Shown piece after piece: positions 17,664 to 27,317 of a stretch of DNA of 64,000 bases. Source of the DNA: a virus (Duplodnaviria > Heunggongvirae > Uroviricota > Caudoviricetes); the IMG/VR virus record IMGVR_UViG_3300020577_007897; one strand, 5' to 3'. A program made the translations under genes and the position numbers. The notes beneath the pieces were generated by a model. That model saw only the letters and a list, made by a program, of their open reading frames with translations. It made no database searches and had not been told where the DNA came from. Each line of letters starts with the position of its first letter. Within the stretch, counting starts at the first letter, position 1.

Positions 17664-18734
17664 ATGGCTAGAACTAAGCGAATTGATAAGTCTGAATTTG
17701 TTGTAATGGGTGATGAGCCTAATCTCAAAGGCAAGATTACCCGTATGCAGCTTTGTAATGCGCTTAACTGGTATAACCATTTCTATTCTGCTACAGTAAC
17801 CAAGCCTCGTAATCCCGATTGTGTAGGCTGGATTATTGAGTATATGAAGTCCAAGAAGTATACGCCTGCACAAATCAAAGCGTTTTCGTCTCTTTCTGAT
17901 AAAGAGATTCCGACTACTCTTTGTTCAATGGCACGTATGCTGAATCGTGGTGCTATTTTTGAGAACTCTCTTGATGAACGTATTCATCAGCTTCTCGAAA
18001 ACCTTAAGTACAAGAAGCCTGAGGCTAAAGTTGTTAAGGTTGAAGTAAAGCGTCCTAACCCTATCGTTATTCTGTTTGACAGCATTCTCGATAAGTTCTA
18101 TGATTCGAACTATCGCGTTATGCCTGATTTGACGAATGTCGAAATCTTTGGCAATAAGGAAGAGCATGCTTTTGCTAGCCAGCTCTATTCTGATTTGGCC
18201 GAAGAAGTAAAGGGTAAGGATCCTGAAGGCTATACTCATATTAGTGCTTTGGGTCTGAAGCGTTATCGTGAACTTCTCAATAACCTTAACGCTCTTCTGA
18301 ATAAGAAGAAGGTTCGTACTAAGTCTGGCAAACCTCGCAAGGTTCGTACTCCCAAAAAGAAATCTGCACAGCAGCTTACTGCTCTGCTTAAGTATAAGCA
18401 GGCTGAGAAGATTGGTAAAGATACGTTTGAAAGCGTTGATCCTGCGAAGATTCTCGAATCTACTGTGGTTTGGGTTTACAACAGCAAGAAGCGTTTGTTG
18501 ACTAAATACGTAAGCAATACTAGCCCGCTTACTGTTAAGCGCACCACGCTTGGTAACTTTGATCCCAAGCAATCTATGGCCAAGAAGATTCGTAAACCCG
18601 AAATTGTTATTGCACAAGTTGCAACTGAGGGTAAAGCTTCCGTAGCACGTCTGTTCAATAACATTAAAGCCAAGCCCCAGAAGGTTAAGGGCCGGATGAA
18701 CGATGATTCTCTAATCGTCAGGACGTTTCGTTAA
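17664..18734 (+). CDS. hypothetical basic protein
   Basis: RBS GAGGAG before the ATG. 356 aa, Lys-rich. Confidence 0.55.
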   Translation: MARTKRIDKSEFVVMGDEPNLKGKITRMQLCNALNWYNHFYSATVTKPRNPDCVGWIIEYMKSKKYTPAQIKAFSSLSDKEIPTTLCSMARMLNRGAIFENSLDERIHQLLENLKYKKPEAKVVKVEVKRPNPIVILFDSILDKFYDSNYRVMPDLTNVEIFGNKEEHAFASQLYSDLAEEVKGKDPEGYTHISALGLKRYRELLNNLNALLNKKKVRTKSGKPRKVRTPKKKSAQQLTALLKYKQAEKIGKDTFESVDPAKILESTVVWVYNSKKRLLTKYVSNTSPLTVKRTTLGNFDPKQSMAKKIRKPEIVIAQVATEGKASVARLFNNIKAKPQKVKGRMNDDSLIVRTFR

Positions 18735-18737
18735 GAG

Positions 18738-19232
18738 TTGATATACTACGTTTACGCTTATTTAAGAAAAAAGAACGGTGTCCCTTATTATATTGGTAAA
18801 GGTAAGGGACACCGTGCATATGCTAAGCATCCAGGAATAACAGTTCCTAAAGACAAGAACATGATTGTTTTTGTCGAAACGAACCTTACTGAGATGGGTG
18901 CTATAGCTATTGAACGTAGATTGATAAGATGGTATGGCAGAAAGAATATTAACACAGGTGTACTCTTAAACAAGACAGAAGGCGGCGAAGGCAATTCTGG
19001 TTTTACACATTCACAATACACCAAACAAAAAATTAGCCGCTCTAAAAAAGGTCAATCACCTTGGAATAAAGGCAAAAAGCTAACTGCAGAGCATATTAAA
19101 AAACTATCGATCTCTTCTACTGGTATGAAGCACTCAGAGGCTACCAAACTAAAAATTAGCGAATCAAATAAAGGTAGAGTTGCTTGGAACAAAGGTAAGA
19201 AGTGGTTCAAGAAGCAAAAGGCGCTAATATGA
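18738..19232 (+). CDS. GIY-YIG homing endonuclease with NUMOD3 DNA-binding repeats
   Basis: [21 protein letters not shown] (GIY...YIG). The C-terminus has repeated S/T-x-x-x-K-G-x-x-W-N-K-G-K-K. Confidence 0.8.
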   Translation: MIYYVYAYLRKKNGVPYYIGKGKGHRAYAKHPGITVPKDKNMIVFVETNLTEMGAIAIERRLIRWYGRKNINTGVLLNKTEGGEGNSGFTHSQYTKQKISRSKKGQSPWNKGKKLTAEHIKKLSISSTGMKHSEATKLKISESNKGRVAWNKGKKWFKKQKALI

Positions 19233-19630
19233 CCGATAACGTAATTAAGTTCCCAAAGACAAATAAAAGAATTCCGGAACTTCCTACAGTAGAAGATCTC
19301 AAGACTGATAAAGGTTTTAGTCCTACTGACGAGGCAGTTGATACGGCAACTGAAATAATTTCATCCGTAATGCTAGAACATATGTTAGCCCTGGGGTACA
19401 TCCCCAGGGAGAATACTGGCAAAGAAATATGTTTTGTAATTGAATCAGTCCGTGCTCTAATGAAGAAATATTACGGACAAACACATCCATTCCATCCTCT
19501 AGCTGAGCTCTCATTTGAACCGCACGAATCAGGTGCGATGGAATTCATTGAGCCAGAATCTATCTCTACTACCACCAAAAGAAAACGACCCAAGAAGAAA
19601 ACTTCCAATACGGATATTGTGACGACATGA
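19229..19630 (+). CDS. hypothetical protein
   Basis: ATGA overlap with the GIY-YIG stop. 133 aa. Confidence 0.45.
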   Translation: MTDNVIKFPKTNKRIPELPTVEDLKTDKGFSPTDEAVDTATEIISSVMLEHMLALGYIPRENTGKEICFVIESVRALMKKYYGQTHPFHPLAELSFEPHESGAMEFIEPESISTTTKRKRPKKKTSNTDIVTT

Positions 19631-19887
19631 GCAATTTTGAACATGTAGATGTGAAACAAGAATTAGTTGGCACTCGCATTTTGAGAACGGTTTATAATTG
19701 GCCTGAAAAGATCAAAGTAAGAAAAGCTGGGCAGACATACTTTACAGGTATCTCTGATCGCGATAACAACATTATTGATTTTGTAGTGGATAACGGGCGC
19801 GCTAGGTACTATATTATACATGGCCTGGAGGATGAGCTCTGGGTCTATGCCAAGAAATTTTATCATATAACCTATGAAGTGAAGTGA
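19627..19887 (+). CDS. hypothetical protein
   Basis: 86 aa. Confidence 0.4.
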   Translation: MSNFEHVDVKQELVGTRILRTVYNWPEKIKVRKAGQTYFTGISDRDNNIIDFVVDNGRARYYIIHGLEDELWVYAKKFYHITYEVK

Positions 19888-19888
19888 C

Positions 19889-20101
19889 ATGACAACAGTA
19901 TTAGTTTATTCTGGCGTTGCAGCTTATTTGGCAATTGCTTTTCTAGTTGCAATGATGGCTCTTTTTGGTCTCAGCTTTAAGTATGCAGATGGCCCGCAGC
20001 CTAGCCCTCTTTATATTCCAACCACAGCAATTGCTATTGGCATGACTTGGCCGGTTTCTGTTCCTGTTCTTAAGCTTACCAATGCTGGCAGCAAGCTATG
20101 A
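19889..20101 (+). CDS. small membrane protein
   Basis: Two hydrophobic helices. 70 aa. Confidence 0.4.
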   Translation: MTTVLVYSGVAAYLAIAFLVAMMALFGLSFKYADGPQPSPLYIPTTAIAIGMTWPVSVPVLKLTNAGSKL

Positions 20102-20931
20102 TCTTAGTTGATTTTAACCAGATTATGTATTCTAACTTGCTTGGATCTCTGGGCAAGCATACCAATACAGAGATTGAACTTCCGCTTCTGAGACACATGG
20201 TATTCAATGTGCTCAGAGCTAATAATGTGAAGTTCCGCGAACAGTATGGTCAGATGATTATTATCTCTGACTCTCGCAAGTACTGGCGCAAAGAATATTT
20301 CCCGTTCTATAAAGCTAATCGCAAGAAAGCTCGCGAGAAGTCTGAGATTGATTGGCCTGCACTATATAAGTGTATGGATGCTATCAAGTCTGACTTACAA
20401 GAGTGGTCTCCATATAAATACATTTGCGTTGAAGGGGCTGAAGCAGATGATATTATCGCTACTTTAGCTGGGGAATCTACATCACCTACTCTAATCTTAT
20501 CTGGTGATAAGGATTTCGTTCAATTGCATAACCATAACGTTAAACAATACGATCCTGTGCATAAGAAATATTTGTCTACCAAAGACCCAAAGCAGACATT
20601 GCACGAACACATTCTCAAAGGAGATATGGGTGATGGAATTCCTAATATCGCTTCTCCAGACAATGTGTTTGTACTTGGGCAACGACAAAAGAAAGTAACT
20701 AAGAAGCTACAAGCGCTTCTTACAAACATTGCTAATGAACCTGCGAACTCTTACTATAGAAATTACGTGCGCAACAAGACACTAATCGACCTATCTATGA
20801 TTCCTGATGACTTGAAAGAGAAAATCCGTAAGGAGTATCTCTCGCAGGTGGAGCGCGATCGTTCCAAGCTGATGACATATTTCATGCACAATAGAATGAA
20901 ACAACATCTGGAAAATATTTCAGACTTTTAA
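20098..20931 (+). CDS. rnh: RNase H / flap endonuclease (T4 rnh homolog)
   Basis: ILVDFNQIMYSNLLG resembles T4 RNase H ICLIDFSQIALSTAL. 277 aa. Acidic PIN/FEN-type motifs are present. Confidence 0.8.
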   Translation: MILVDFNQIMYSNLLGSLGKHTNTEIELPLLRHMVFNVLRANNVKFREQYGQMIIISDSRKYWRKEYFPFYKANRKKAREKSEIDWPALYKCMDAIKSDLQEWSPYKYICVEGAEADDIIATLAGESTSPTLILSGDKDFVQLHNHNVKQYDPVHKKYLSTKDPKQTLHEHILKGDMGDGIPNIASPDNVFVLGQRQKKVTKKLQALLTNIANEPANSYYRNYVRNKTLIDLSMIPDDLKEKIRKEYLSQVERDRSKLMTYFMHNRMKQHLENISDF

Positions 20932-20941
20932 GGAACATAAA

Positions 20942-21490
20942 ATGGGAAGACTCTCAATTGCTGAGATTGTCGAAAAGACATCTGAATTAACAGATCGTCA
21001 GGCACAAATTGATTTTCTGCGTCAGCATGACAATAATACACTCCGTACTCTACTATCCTATATTCTTGACCCAAACGTAAAGTGGGCATTGCCTGCTGGA
21101 GCTCCTCCATATACTCCAACGCAGACATTTGAATCTCACGGTCAGCTCTATAATCAAGCACGCAAATTGTACTTGTTTATAGAGGGCGGAAATCCTAATA
21201 TACATAAGATGAAGCGTGAATCGCTATTCATCCAGTTGCTGGAATCAATCGATCCAGATGATGCTCGTTTTATGGTTGCAGCAAAGGATAAGCAAATGCT
21301 TTATCCAATCGCAACAGACGTCATCAATGAAGCATTTGGTTTTAATTTCCCTGTTGCAGCTAATGTGGCTCCATCGCCTGGCGTAACAGTAATTGAAAAG
21401 CCAAAGAAAGTTACCAAGGCCAAAAAGGAAAAGGTAGCTAAAGTAGCAAAGAAGCCTAAGAAGGCTAAATCGGAGGTAGTACAGGTATAA
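20942..21490 (+). CDS. hypothetical protein with Lys-rich C-terminal tail (occupies the T4 dsbA position)
   Basis: 182 aa ending KPKKVTKAKKEKVAKVAKKPKKAKSE. Confidence 0.45.
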   Translation: MGRLSIAEIVEKTSELTDRQAQIDFLRQHDNNTLRTLLSYILDPNVKWALPAGAPPYTPTQTFESHGQLYNQARKLYLFIEGGNPNIHKMKRESLFIQLLESIDPDDARFMVAAKDKQMLYPIATDVINEAFGFNFPVAANVAPSPGVTVIEKPKKVTKAKKEKVAKVAKKPKKAKSEVVQV

Positions 21491-21494
21491 TACC

Positions 21495-21674
21495 ATGAGC
21501 AAATCTTTTAAGAAGCAGCGTCAGTTTAACGAATATGATGATGAAGGCTATTTTGACAAGCGTCGCACCAAGGATTTTAAAAACCGTCGACGTGAGAAGC
21601 AAATGAAGAACGATCTACGCTCATTTAAGAATGTATCGACAAGAGATTTGCACAACTACCATGAAGAAGATTAA
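21495..21674 (+). CDS. small basic protein (59 aa)
   Basis: Absent from the ORF track. ATG at 21495; TAA overlaps the next ATG. Confidence 0.35.
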   Translation: MSKSFKKQRQFNEYDDEGYFDKRRTKDFKNRRREKQMKNDLRSFKNVSTRDLHNYHEED

Positions 21675-21916
21675 TGCCAACATATAAATTCAAAGATAAG
21701 GTAACTGGTAAAGAGACTGAAGAGTTTATGTCTATCTCAGCTCTTGATCCTTATCTTGCAGATAATCCAAACCTGGAACAGCTGGTAAACGGCTTTCCAG
21801 GTATTGGCTATAACACCGTAACCACAAAACCCGCAGATGGTTTTCGTGACATTCTGCGATCAATCAAAAAGGCAAACTCAAAAGGGATTACGAAGAGTAC
21901 AATAAACACATTTTAA
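21674..21916 (+). CDS. hypothetical protein
   Basis: 80 aa. Confidence 0.4.
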   Translation: MPTYKFKDKVTGKETEEFMSISALDPYLADNPNLEQLVNGFPGIGYNTVTTKPADGFRDILRSIKKANSKGITKSTINTF

Positions 21917-21930
21917 CTAAAAGAGGACCT

Positions 21931-22719
21931 ATGACCGAGCCCAAATTAACTAAACAAGAAAGAAGAGCTCAACGTCGTCAAATGAAGGCTGAACGCCGTC
22001 AATTAAAGGCACAAGGACATCAACTACAGCCTGGCCTAGGAATGAATATTAAATCATTCCAACCTCTAACACAAACACAGAAGAGAGTGTTTGATTCATA
22101 TTATAATGGAAAACATCTCTTCTTGCATGGTAGTGCCGGTACAGGCAAAACATTTCTATCGATGTTTTTGTCGCTTCAAGAAATTCTTGATTCTGACATC
22201 TATCAAAAGTTGATTATTGTACGATCAGCGCAACCCTCTAAGAACCAAGGTTTCCTTCCTGGTTCACTAAAAGAGAAGACAAAGGTATATGAGTCGCCCT
22301 ATTACGCTATTTGCAGCGAACTATTTGGACGTGGGGATGCATACGATAAGCTCAAGTCTAGCGGTAAGATTGAGTTCTATTCTACATCCTACAACCGCGG
22401 AATTACTTTTAGCAACTGCATTATTCTTGTTGATGAGATTCAAAATCTAACTGCACCAGAGTGTGATACAATCATTACTCGTTGTGGTGAACATTGCAAG
22501 ATTATATTTGCAGGTGATATTAGACAGACCGATTTGGTTCGCCAACATGAGATGTCTGGTATGAGCGACTTCCTCAAGATTCTAAAGCGCATTAATGACT
22601 TTGATGTACATGAATTTGGCGCTGATGATATTGTGAGATCTAGATTAGTAAAGAAGTATATTATGATGCGTAATGATCTGGAAGATCGCCGCGAGATTAA
22701 ATCACTAGCAACTCTATAA
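21931..22719 (+). CDS. phoH: PhoH-like P-loop ATPase
   Basis: Walker A HGSAGTGKTFLS; Walker B ILVDEIQN. 262 aa. Confidence 0.85.
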   Translation: MTEPKLTKQERRAQRRQMKAERRQLKAQGHQLQPGLGMNIKSFQPLTQTQKRVFDSYYNGKHLFLHGSAGTGKTFLSMFLSLQEILDSDIYQKLIIVRSAQPSKNQGFLPGSLKEKTKVYESPYYAICSELFGRGDAYDKLKSSGKIEFYSTSYNRGITFSNCIILVDEIQNLTAPECDTIITRCGEHCKIIFAGDIRQTDLVRQHEMSGMSDFLKILKRINDFDVHEFGADDIVRSRLVKKYIMMRNDLEDRREIKSLATL

Positions 22720-22827
22720 GGAGATATATTATGTTGCCTGGAGCATGGACTGCGATTGCGCAGATGGGTGGATTGATTGTCCTTTTTGCCTTTATTGGCG
22801 CGCTAGGAGCGATCGCAATTTCAAAGA

Positions 22828-23511
22828 GTGACGATGTCGTTCGAACATCAGCTTTTTGAGCCAATTACAGACTTAGAAAGAGTAGATAGGCCAGAAGGTC
22901 GTATTTACAAGCGTGGTGATAAGGAATATAATTCTGTTACCACGCTTCTTTCTAGGTTTGGACAAGCTAAATTAGAAGCCTGGAAGAATGCTGTTGGAGC
23001 TGAAAAAGCTGCAGCAATATCTCGCCAGGCTGCTAATCGTGGTACAACAGTACATGGTTTGTGTGAAGATTACTTAATGAATCGAGAAATCGATCTCAAG
23101 AAGGTAATGCCTGTTTTTCTTGATGACTTTAACAAAGCCAAACGCATACTTGACCAGAAGGTTGGTAAAGTGTTTGGTGTAGAAATGAAACTATACTCTG
23201 ATAAAATTCGCGCTGCCGGGACAACAGATTTGGCAGGTGAATGGGGCAAAACACCCTCAGTTATTGATTTTAAAAACACTAGAGGACAAATTAAACCAGA
23301 TGTCCTTAAAAAGTATTTTATTCAGCTAACTGCATATCAAATTATGATTCAGGAACGTTATAATGTTTTCTTACCAAAATTGGTAATTGTTAACATTCAA
23401 CCTGAAATGCCTGTACCGGTTATTATTGAGGCTAAAGCGGCCGATTATGTGGAGAAAACGATACAGATATTTGATGCAATCAACAAACAGTTGAGTGCCC
23501 AGCAGTTATAA
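22828..23511 (+). CDS. putative PD-(D/E)xK family nuclease
   Basis: TTDLAGEW...VIDFKNT, a D...E.K pattern. 227 aa. Confidence 0.4.
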   Translation: MTMSFEHQLFEPITDLERVDRPEGRIYKRGDKEYNSVTTLLSRFGQAKLEAWKNAVGAEKAAAISRQAANRGTTVHGLCEDYLMNREIDLKKVMPVFLDDFNKAKRILDQKVGKVFGVEMKLYSDKIRAAGTTDLAGEWGKTPSVIDFKNTRGQIKPDVLKKYFIQLTAYQIMIQERYNVFLPKLVIVNIQPEMPVPVIIEAKAADYVEKTIQIFDAINKQLSAQQL

Positions 23512-23546
23512 GCTACAATAACAATTATAACTAGCAGAGGGTTTTC

Positions 23547-24014
23547 ATGCAATTAAAAGTAATAGGGGAAAATCCTAATATCACTCACGCAGAAATGAAA
23601 TATGCAGCAGAGTGGATGTCCAATCTGATTATGTCCCCTCAACTACGCAAATATCTTAAAGTAACAATTTCATTTAAGAAAGAAAAAGACGCACTAGGTA
23701 CTACTGAAGTTCGTGATTATGACGATGAGAATTTTCGAATGCCTAGAAAGTTTCTAGTTCGAATTAATCCAAAAGAACGAAGAAATAGTGTACTTAAGAT
23801 CCTGGCACACGAACTAGTACATGTAAAGCAATTTGCAAGAGGTGAGCTGAAAGATAATGGCCACCCTATGTACATGAAATGGAATAAAGAAGACGTTAAT
23901 TCTGAGAAAACAGATTATTGGGACCTACCTTGGGAAATTGAAGCGTATGGTCGAGAGTATGGAATGTTTAGACGTTATAATGAGCACGTGAAAAATGATA
24001 AGATCAAATTTTAA
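23547..24014 (+). CDS. putative zinc metallopeptidase (HExxH, SprT/WLM-like)
   Basis: ILAHELVHVKQF. Confidence 0.45.
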   Translation: MQLKVIGENPNITHAEMKYAAEWMSNLIMSPQLRKYLKVTISFKKEKDALGTTEVRDYDDENFRMPRKFLVRINPKERRNSVLKILAHELVHVKQFARGELKDNGHPMYMKWNKEDVNSEKTDYWDLPWEIEAYGREYGMFRRYNEHVKNDKIKF

Positions 24015-24255
24015 TGATGTGTACAAGAGCTTGTGGCTCGAATATGCTGAAATAGAAGCAAGAGAGAATAAGCGCGATATGATTATCTTCGCGCTTATTG
24101 TGATTATAGATTTTGCTTTCCTACTCTTTACAAAGAATTCTGGTCATGGTGTATTTTGGTTTATTGCTAACATAGCTGTATTTTACTGGCTTATGTGGGT
24201 TGCAATTAAAGATTACGTAAAAGCAAAAGAGGTGATTGAAAGCTATGAGCGCTGA
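23995..24255 (+). CDS. small membrane protein
   Basis: Two TM helices. 86 aa. Confidence 0.4.
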   Translation: MIRSNFNDVYKSLWLEYAEIEARENKRDMIIFALIVIIDFAFLLFTKNSGHGVFWFIANIAVFYWLMWVAIKDYVKAKEVIESYER

Positions 24256-24856
24256 TTATAGAGACACAATTGGTTATCGCGATTTGATTGTTGCAATGAA
24301 AGCAACAATTCGAGCTAATCTCTTCAAGATTCTTAAAATGAGTGAGCTTGAACGCAAGAACTATTTTGAAGTTATTGTTGCTGGTACGACTGGTAATGCA
24401 GCATGGGCCGATAATTGGATTTCAGTTAACGTTTCTGATATTGCACAAGATGCAGCTAGAGCTCAAATTGTTAATGAAGTAAAAGCTCAAATAATTGAGT
24501 ACTTTGTAACTCAGGTTAAGGCTCTTCTTGAAACGTATCTTACTATTAAATCCGAACCAGTAAAGTTTGAAGGTACCCTTCCTTCATTTGAAGGGCTAAA
24601 CGATATTCGTTTAATGTATCCAGATGCAGTAAAGAGTGATAAGCGATATATGAGTGAAGCTAATTCTCCTCATGAAGCTTATGGGTTACATTTTCAACCT
24701 TATGGTTACAGCCCCAAAGCTAAAGCCTATGAATATAATAGCAAGCAACCTATAAATAATAGTGATTGGATTTCGCATTGTGCTCCTGCTTATTCAGTAG
24801 ATACTAGTAGCCCCGATTGTTCTAGTTCTTCTGACGGTGGTTGTAGCTCTACTTAA
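24236..24856 (+). CDS. hypothetical protein
   Basis: 206 aa; Cys/Ser-rich C-terminus. Confidence 0.45.
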   Translation: MKAMSADYRDTIGYRDLIVAMKATIRANLFKILKMSELERKNYFEVIVAGTTGNAAWADNWISVNVSDIAQDAARAQIVNEVKAQIIEYFVTQVKALLETYLTIKSEPVKFEGTLPSFEGLNDIRLMYPDAVKSDKRYMSEANSPHEAYGLHFQPYGYSPKAKAYEYNSKQPINNSDWISHCAPAYSVDTSSPDCSSSSDGGCSST

Positions 24857-24867
24857 GAAAGAAACAA

Positions 24868-25161
24868 ATGGTCAAGTCTAAAGATTTGAAAAAGCTATCA
24901 GCTGATGTAAGAGAGTTTTTAAATAAAACGAGTGTTGAATCTCGCTTTGGAACAATGGCCACTTTAACATTAGAATTTCCTTCAATACAATCACTTCACG
25001 AATTTATGATTGATCTTTCCGCTGCTTTAACGCCATCAATGAAATATAGTAATGATGGCCCTCCATGGAAAGAATTACAAAACGGTATATATGAATTAAC
25101 ATTTGGTGGTATGAGAATAATGTTAATTCACCTAGACGGTTATAGGGCCTCCACGTACTGA
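24868..25161 (+). CDS. hypothetical protein
   Basis: 97 aa. Confidence 0.4.
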   Translation: MVKSKDLKKLSADVREFLNKTSVESRFGTMATLTLEFPSIQSLHEFMIDLSAALTPSMKYSNDGPPWKELQNGIYELTFGGMRIMLIHLDGYRASTY

Positions 25162-25177
25162 TAACCCGTTGAACTTC

Positions 25178-25221
25178 ATGCTAACTTCCAGCTTGATGTT
25201 CGTTGGAAGTTAGCATATTAT
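25178..25221. promoter_or_regulatory. 13-bp perfect inverted repeat overlapping a TTGATG-N17-TATTAT promoter (operator-like)
   Basis: ATGCTAACTTCCA(25178-25190) ... TGGAAGTTAGCAT(25204-25216). -35 TTGATG(25193-25198) lies in the loop and -10 TATTAT(25216-25221) abuts the right arm. A second hairpin GTTGTG/CACAAC plus a T-rich run follows. Confidence 0.4.
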
Positions 25222-25267
25222 ATGGTTGTGAGAGATGCACAACGTTGTTTTGTTATGAAAAGGAAAT

Positions 25268-26317
25268 GTGAATATGGCTGCTACTGCTAAGAAGACTGCT
25301 AAGAACGTTAAGTCTGTTAAGAAGGCTTCTAACGTCGTTTCTATTAAGAAGGGTAAGATTAAGGTCGAAACGGAAAAGGTTAAGGCTGAGCCTGCTCGTC
25401 TTATCTCCCCTTGGGGTCGTAACTCCACCGAATTTAAGACTGATATGTCTGTAAAGGATATGTTGGTTGAATCTGGTCTTGATTGGACTGTTGAACGTTA
25501 TCCTCTTCAGGTTAATGTCGATGGTGAAATGATTAATGTTGGCGAAGATGCTCTTCTTCGTTCTGACAATAACCATATTCTTTCGACTGCTTCCACTCAG
25601 TGGAACCATTTCGATAACGAAGTGGCTGTAGAGTTTATGGATAAGTTTGCTCGTTCTATTGGTAATCGAGTTAACTTCCTTGGCCAGGTTCGTGGTGGTC
25701 GATTGGTATTCGGCCTTTCGGAGCTTAAGGGCGAGAAGTTCGCTCTCTTTAAGGGTAAGGACGAAGTTTCGTCTTATCTGCTTCTTTCGAATCCTCATGT
25801 GTATGGTCAGAAGTTCGACGTTCGCTTTACTGCAATTCGCGATCGTTGTTACAATACTCTTACTCAGGGTCTTTCGCGAAACGGTGATCTCGAAGTTCGT
25901 ATTTCGCATCGCAAGAAGTTTGATCCGGCTTTTGCCGAGCAGGCGCTTATTGCTGCTCGCGGTAATATGAAGAAGTATCAGGAGATGTCGGAGCTTCTCG
26001 CTTCGAAGCGTTTCTCCGAAGATACTCTGATTGAGTATTACCATACCGTTTTCCCGACTCTTTCGAATAAGAAGGGTCGCGATCCCAAGAAGCTTTCGCG
26101 TCCTGGTCAGATGGCTTTTGACGTACTGGAAACTCAGCCTGGTGCTGAGCTTGGTGAGGGTACTTGGTGGCAGGTTTATAACTCTGCTACTTATGCTCTT
26201 GACCATCTTGTGGGTCGTTCGCCTGATAATCGTCTTTACGCTTCTTGGTACGGTTTGAACCGTGCGAAGAAGAATCAGGCTCTGCGTATCGCTTGTGAGT
26301 TTGCACAAGCTGCGTAA
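25268..26317 (+). CDS. Lys-rich N-terminus protein, possibly DUF932-like (phage/plasmid-like protein); strongly codon-biased
   Basis: 349-aa ORF with RBS AAAGGAAA. Third-position choice is extremely biased (GCT/CGT/AAG/GGT/TCT), which creates the mirror ORF on the opposite strand. Confidence 0.6.
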   Translation: MNMAATAKKTAKNVKSVKKASNVVSIKKGKIKVETEKVKAEPARLISPWGRNSTEFKTDMSVKDMLVESGLDWTVERYPLQVNVDGEMINVGEDALLRSDNNHILSTASTQWNHFDNEVAVEFMDKFARSIGNRVNFLGQVRGGRLVFGLSELKGEKFALFKGKDEVSSYLLLSNPHVYGQKFDVRFTAIRDRCYNTLTQGLSRNGDLEVRISHRKKFDPAFAEQALIAARGNMKKYQEMSELLASKRFSEDTLIEYYHTVFPTLSNKKGRDPKKLSRPGQMAFDVLETQPGAELGEGTWWQVYNSATYALDHLVGRSPDNRLYASWYGLNRAKKNQALRIACEFAQAA

Positions 26318-26427
26318 ATAGAATTGGCAGTTAGAGACCGCTGGGGAAGAGTTACCTCCCGATGAAGAAGATGGGTCTCTTATAATGGTGATACTACCGC
26401 TGCCATCTCATTACCTTTGAGGATAAA

Positions 26428-26631
26428 ATGGCTGATATTGTCTTTACTGATAAAGAACGTGAGCTTCCGGATGATTATCCAATGTATAATGGATACATTT
26501 ACATGATTGACGGAGAACCTCTCCGTGTAACGGAAGACATCTCTGTTGGACAGCTGAAAAAGCTTTGTGGTGTTGAATCAGTTCGTAATTGCGATATTAA
26601 GAGCCGTAATCTCTGGGATTATACGTTCTAA
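26428..26631 (+). CDS. hypothetical protein
   Basis: 67 aa; RBS GAGGATAAA. Confidence 0.4.
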   Translation: MADIVFTDKERELPDDYPMYNGYIYMIDGEPLRVTEDISVGQLKKLCGVESVRNCDIKSRNLWDYTF

Positions 26632-26733
26632 TGCAGTATACGATCGAGCTTTACAAATCTGATAAGCGTTAGTGCAAGGACTTCAATGACTTAGGGAATC
26701 CCTATCTTGTTGGAGTCCTTCGCTATTTCGAGC

Positions 26734-26762
26734 TTGAACTACCACCTGGTCCATGCTATATT
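26734..26762 (+). promoter_or_regulatory. sigma70-like early promoter TTGAAC-N17-TATATT
   Basis: Shares the block CATGCTATATTAAG with the 4364 promoter. An ATG lies 7 nt after the -10. Confidence 0.45.
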
Positions 26763-26768
26763 AAGACT

Positions 26769-27125
26769 ATGAGAGATGGAGATGGACACATGGACAAGGT
26801 TGATATGAAGCTTGAAATGCATAAGGTTTCGCCGAAAGAGTTTCACGTTAAGGTTGGCGAAAACCTTGTCGGTTTTATCGTTAAGGATTTTAATAACTGG
26901 TACGGTTATTTCGATAAGGACGAGCCGATTCGTGCGAAGCACGAAGCTATTGTTTTCGTCGAAATGAATCGTATTTTCAACCGCTTTAAGCTGGTTGGTT
27001 CTAACGATAAGGCTGCTGCTGAAAAGGTTTTGGAAAACCTTATGGTGGAAGCTCGCAAGCTTGCTAAGGAGCTTAATGCTCTTGGCGAAACCGAAACGTT
27101 TGCCCTTAATAAGGTGCTCATCTAA
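26769..27125 (+). CDS. hypothetical protein
   Basis: 118 aa. The internal ATG at 26790 with RBS GGAG may be the true start. Confidence 0.45.
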   Translation: MRDGDGHMDKVDMKLEMHKVSPKEFHVKVGENLVGFIVKDFNNWYGYFDKDEPIRAKHEAIVFVEMNRIFNRFKLVGSNDKAAAEKVLENLMVEARKLAKELNALGETETFALNKVLI

Positions 27126-27317
27126 ATGGGTAAGACTAAGATCAAACCTATCGATATTATGCAAAACACTCTGCATAATATCGCTCGTTGTTTGGTCGAT
27201 ATTCATATTGACGATTTAAAGGATGCTGAAAAGGCTATTCTATTCCATCTCAAACGAGCTGGGTTCGTCACATATAATACCGACAAAAGCTGCTACGAAA
27301 TGACAGGATGGCATTAA
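27126..27317 (+). CDS. hypothetical protein
   Basis: 63 aa. Confidence 0.4.
   Translation: MGKTKIKPIDIMQNTLHNIARCLVDIHIDDLKDAEKAILFHLKRAGFVTYNTDKSCYEMTGWH

Noticed and set aside
25253-26308. 351-aa minus-strand ORF exactly mirroring the plus-strand 25268-26317 gene
   Set aside because: The plus-strand gene has extreme third-position bias (NNT/NNG codons) and a proper RBS. That periodicity mechanically removes stop codons from the antisense frame. The antisense protein is low-complexity Ser/Leu/Arg-rich.
26333-26386. Inverted repeat AGAGACC...GGTCTCT followed by TATAAT at 26381-26386
   Set aside because: There is no convincing -35 element, the stem is imperfect internally, and the TATAAT may be coincidental. 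It could be a weak promoter or transcript-processing hairpin, but the evidence is insufficient for a feature call.
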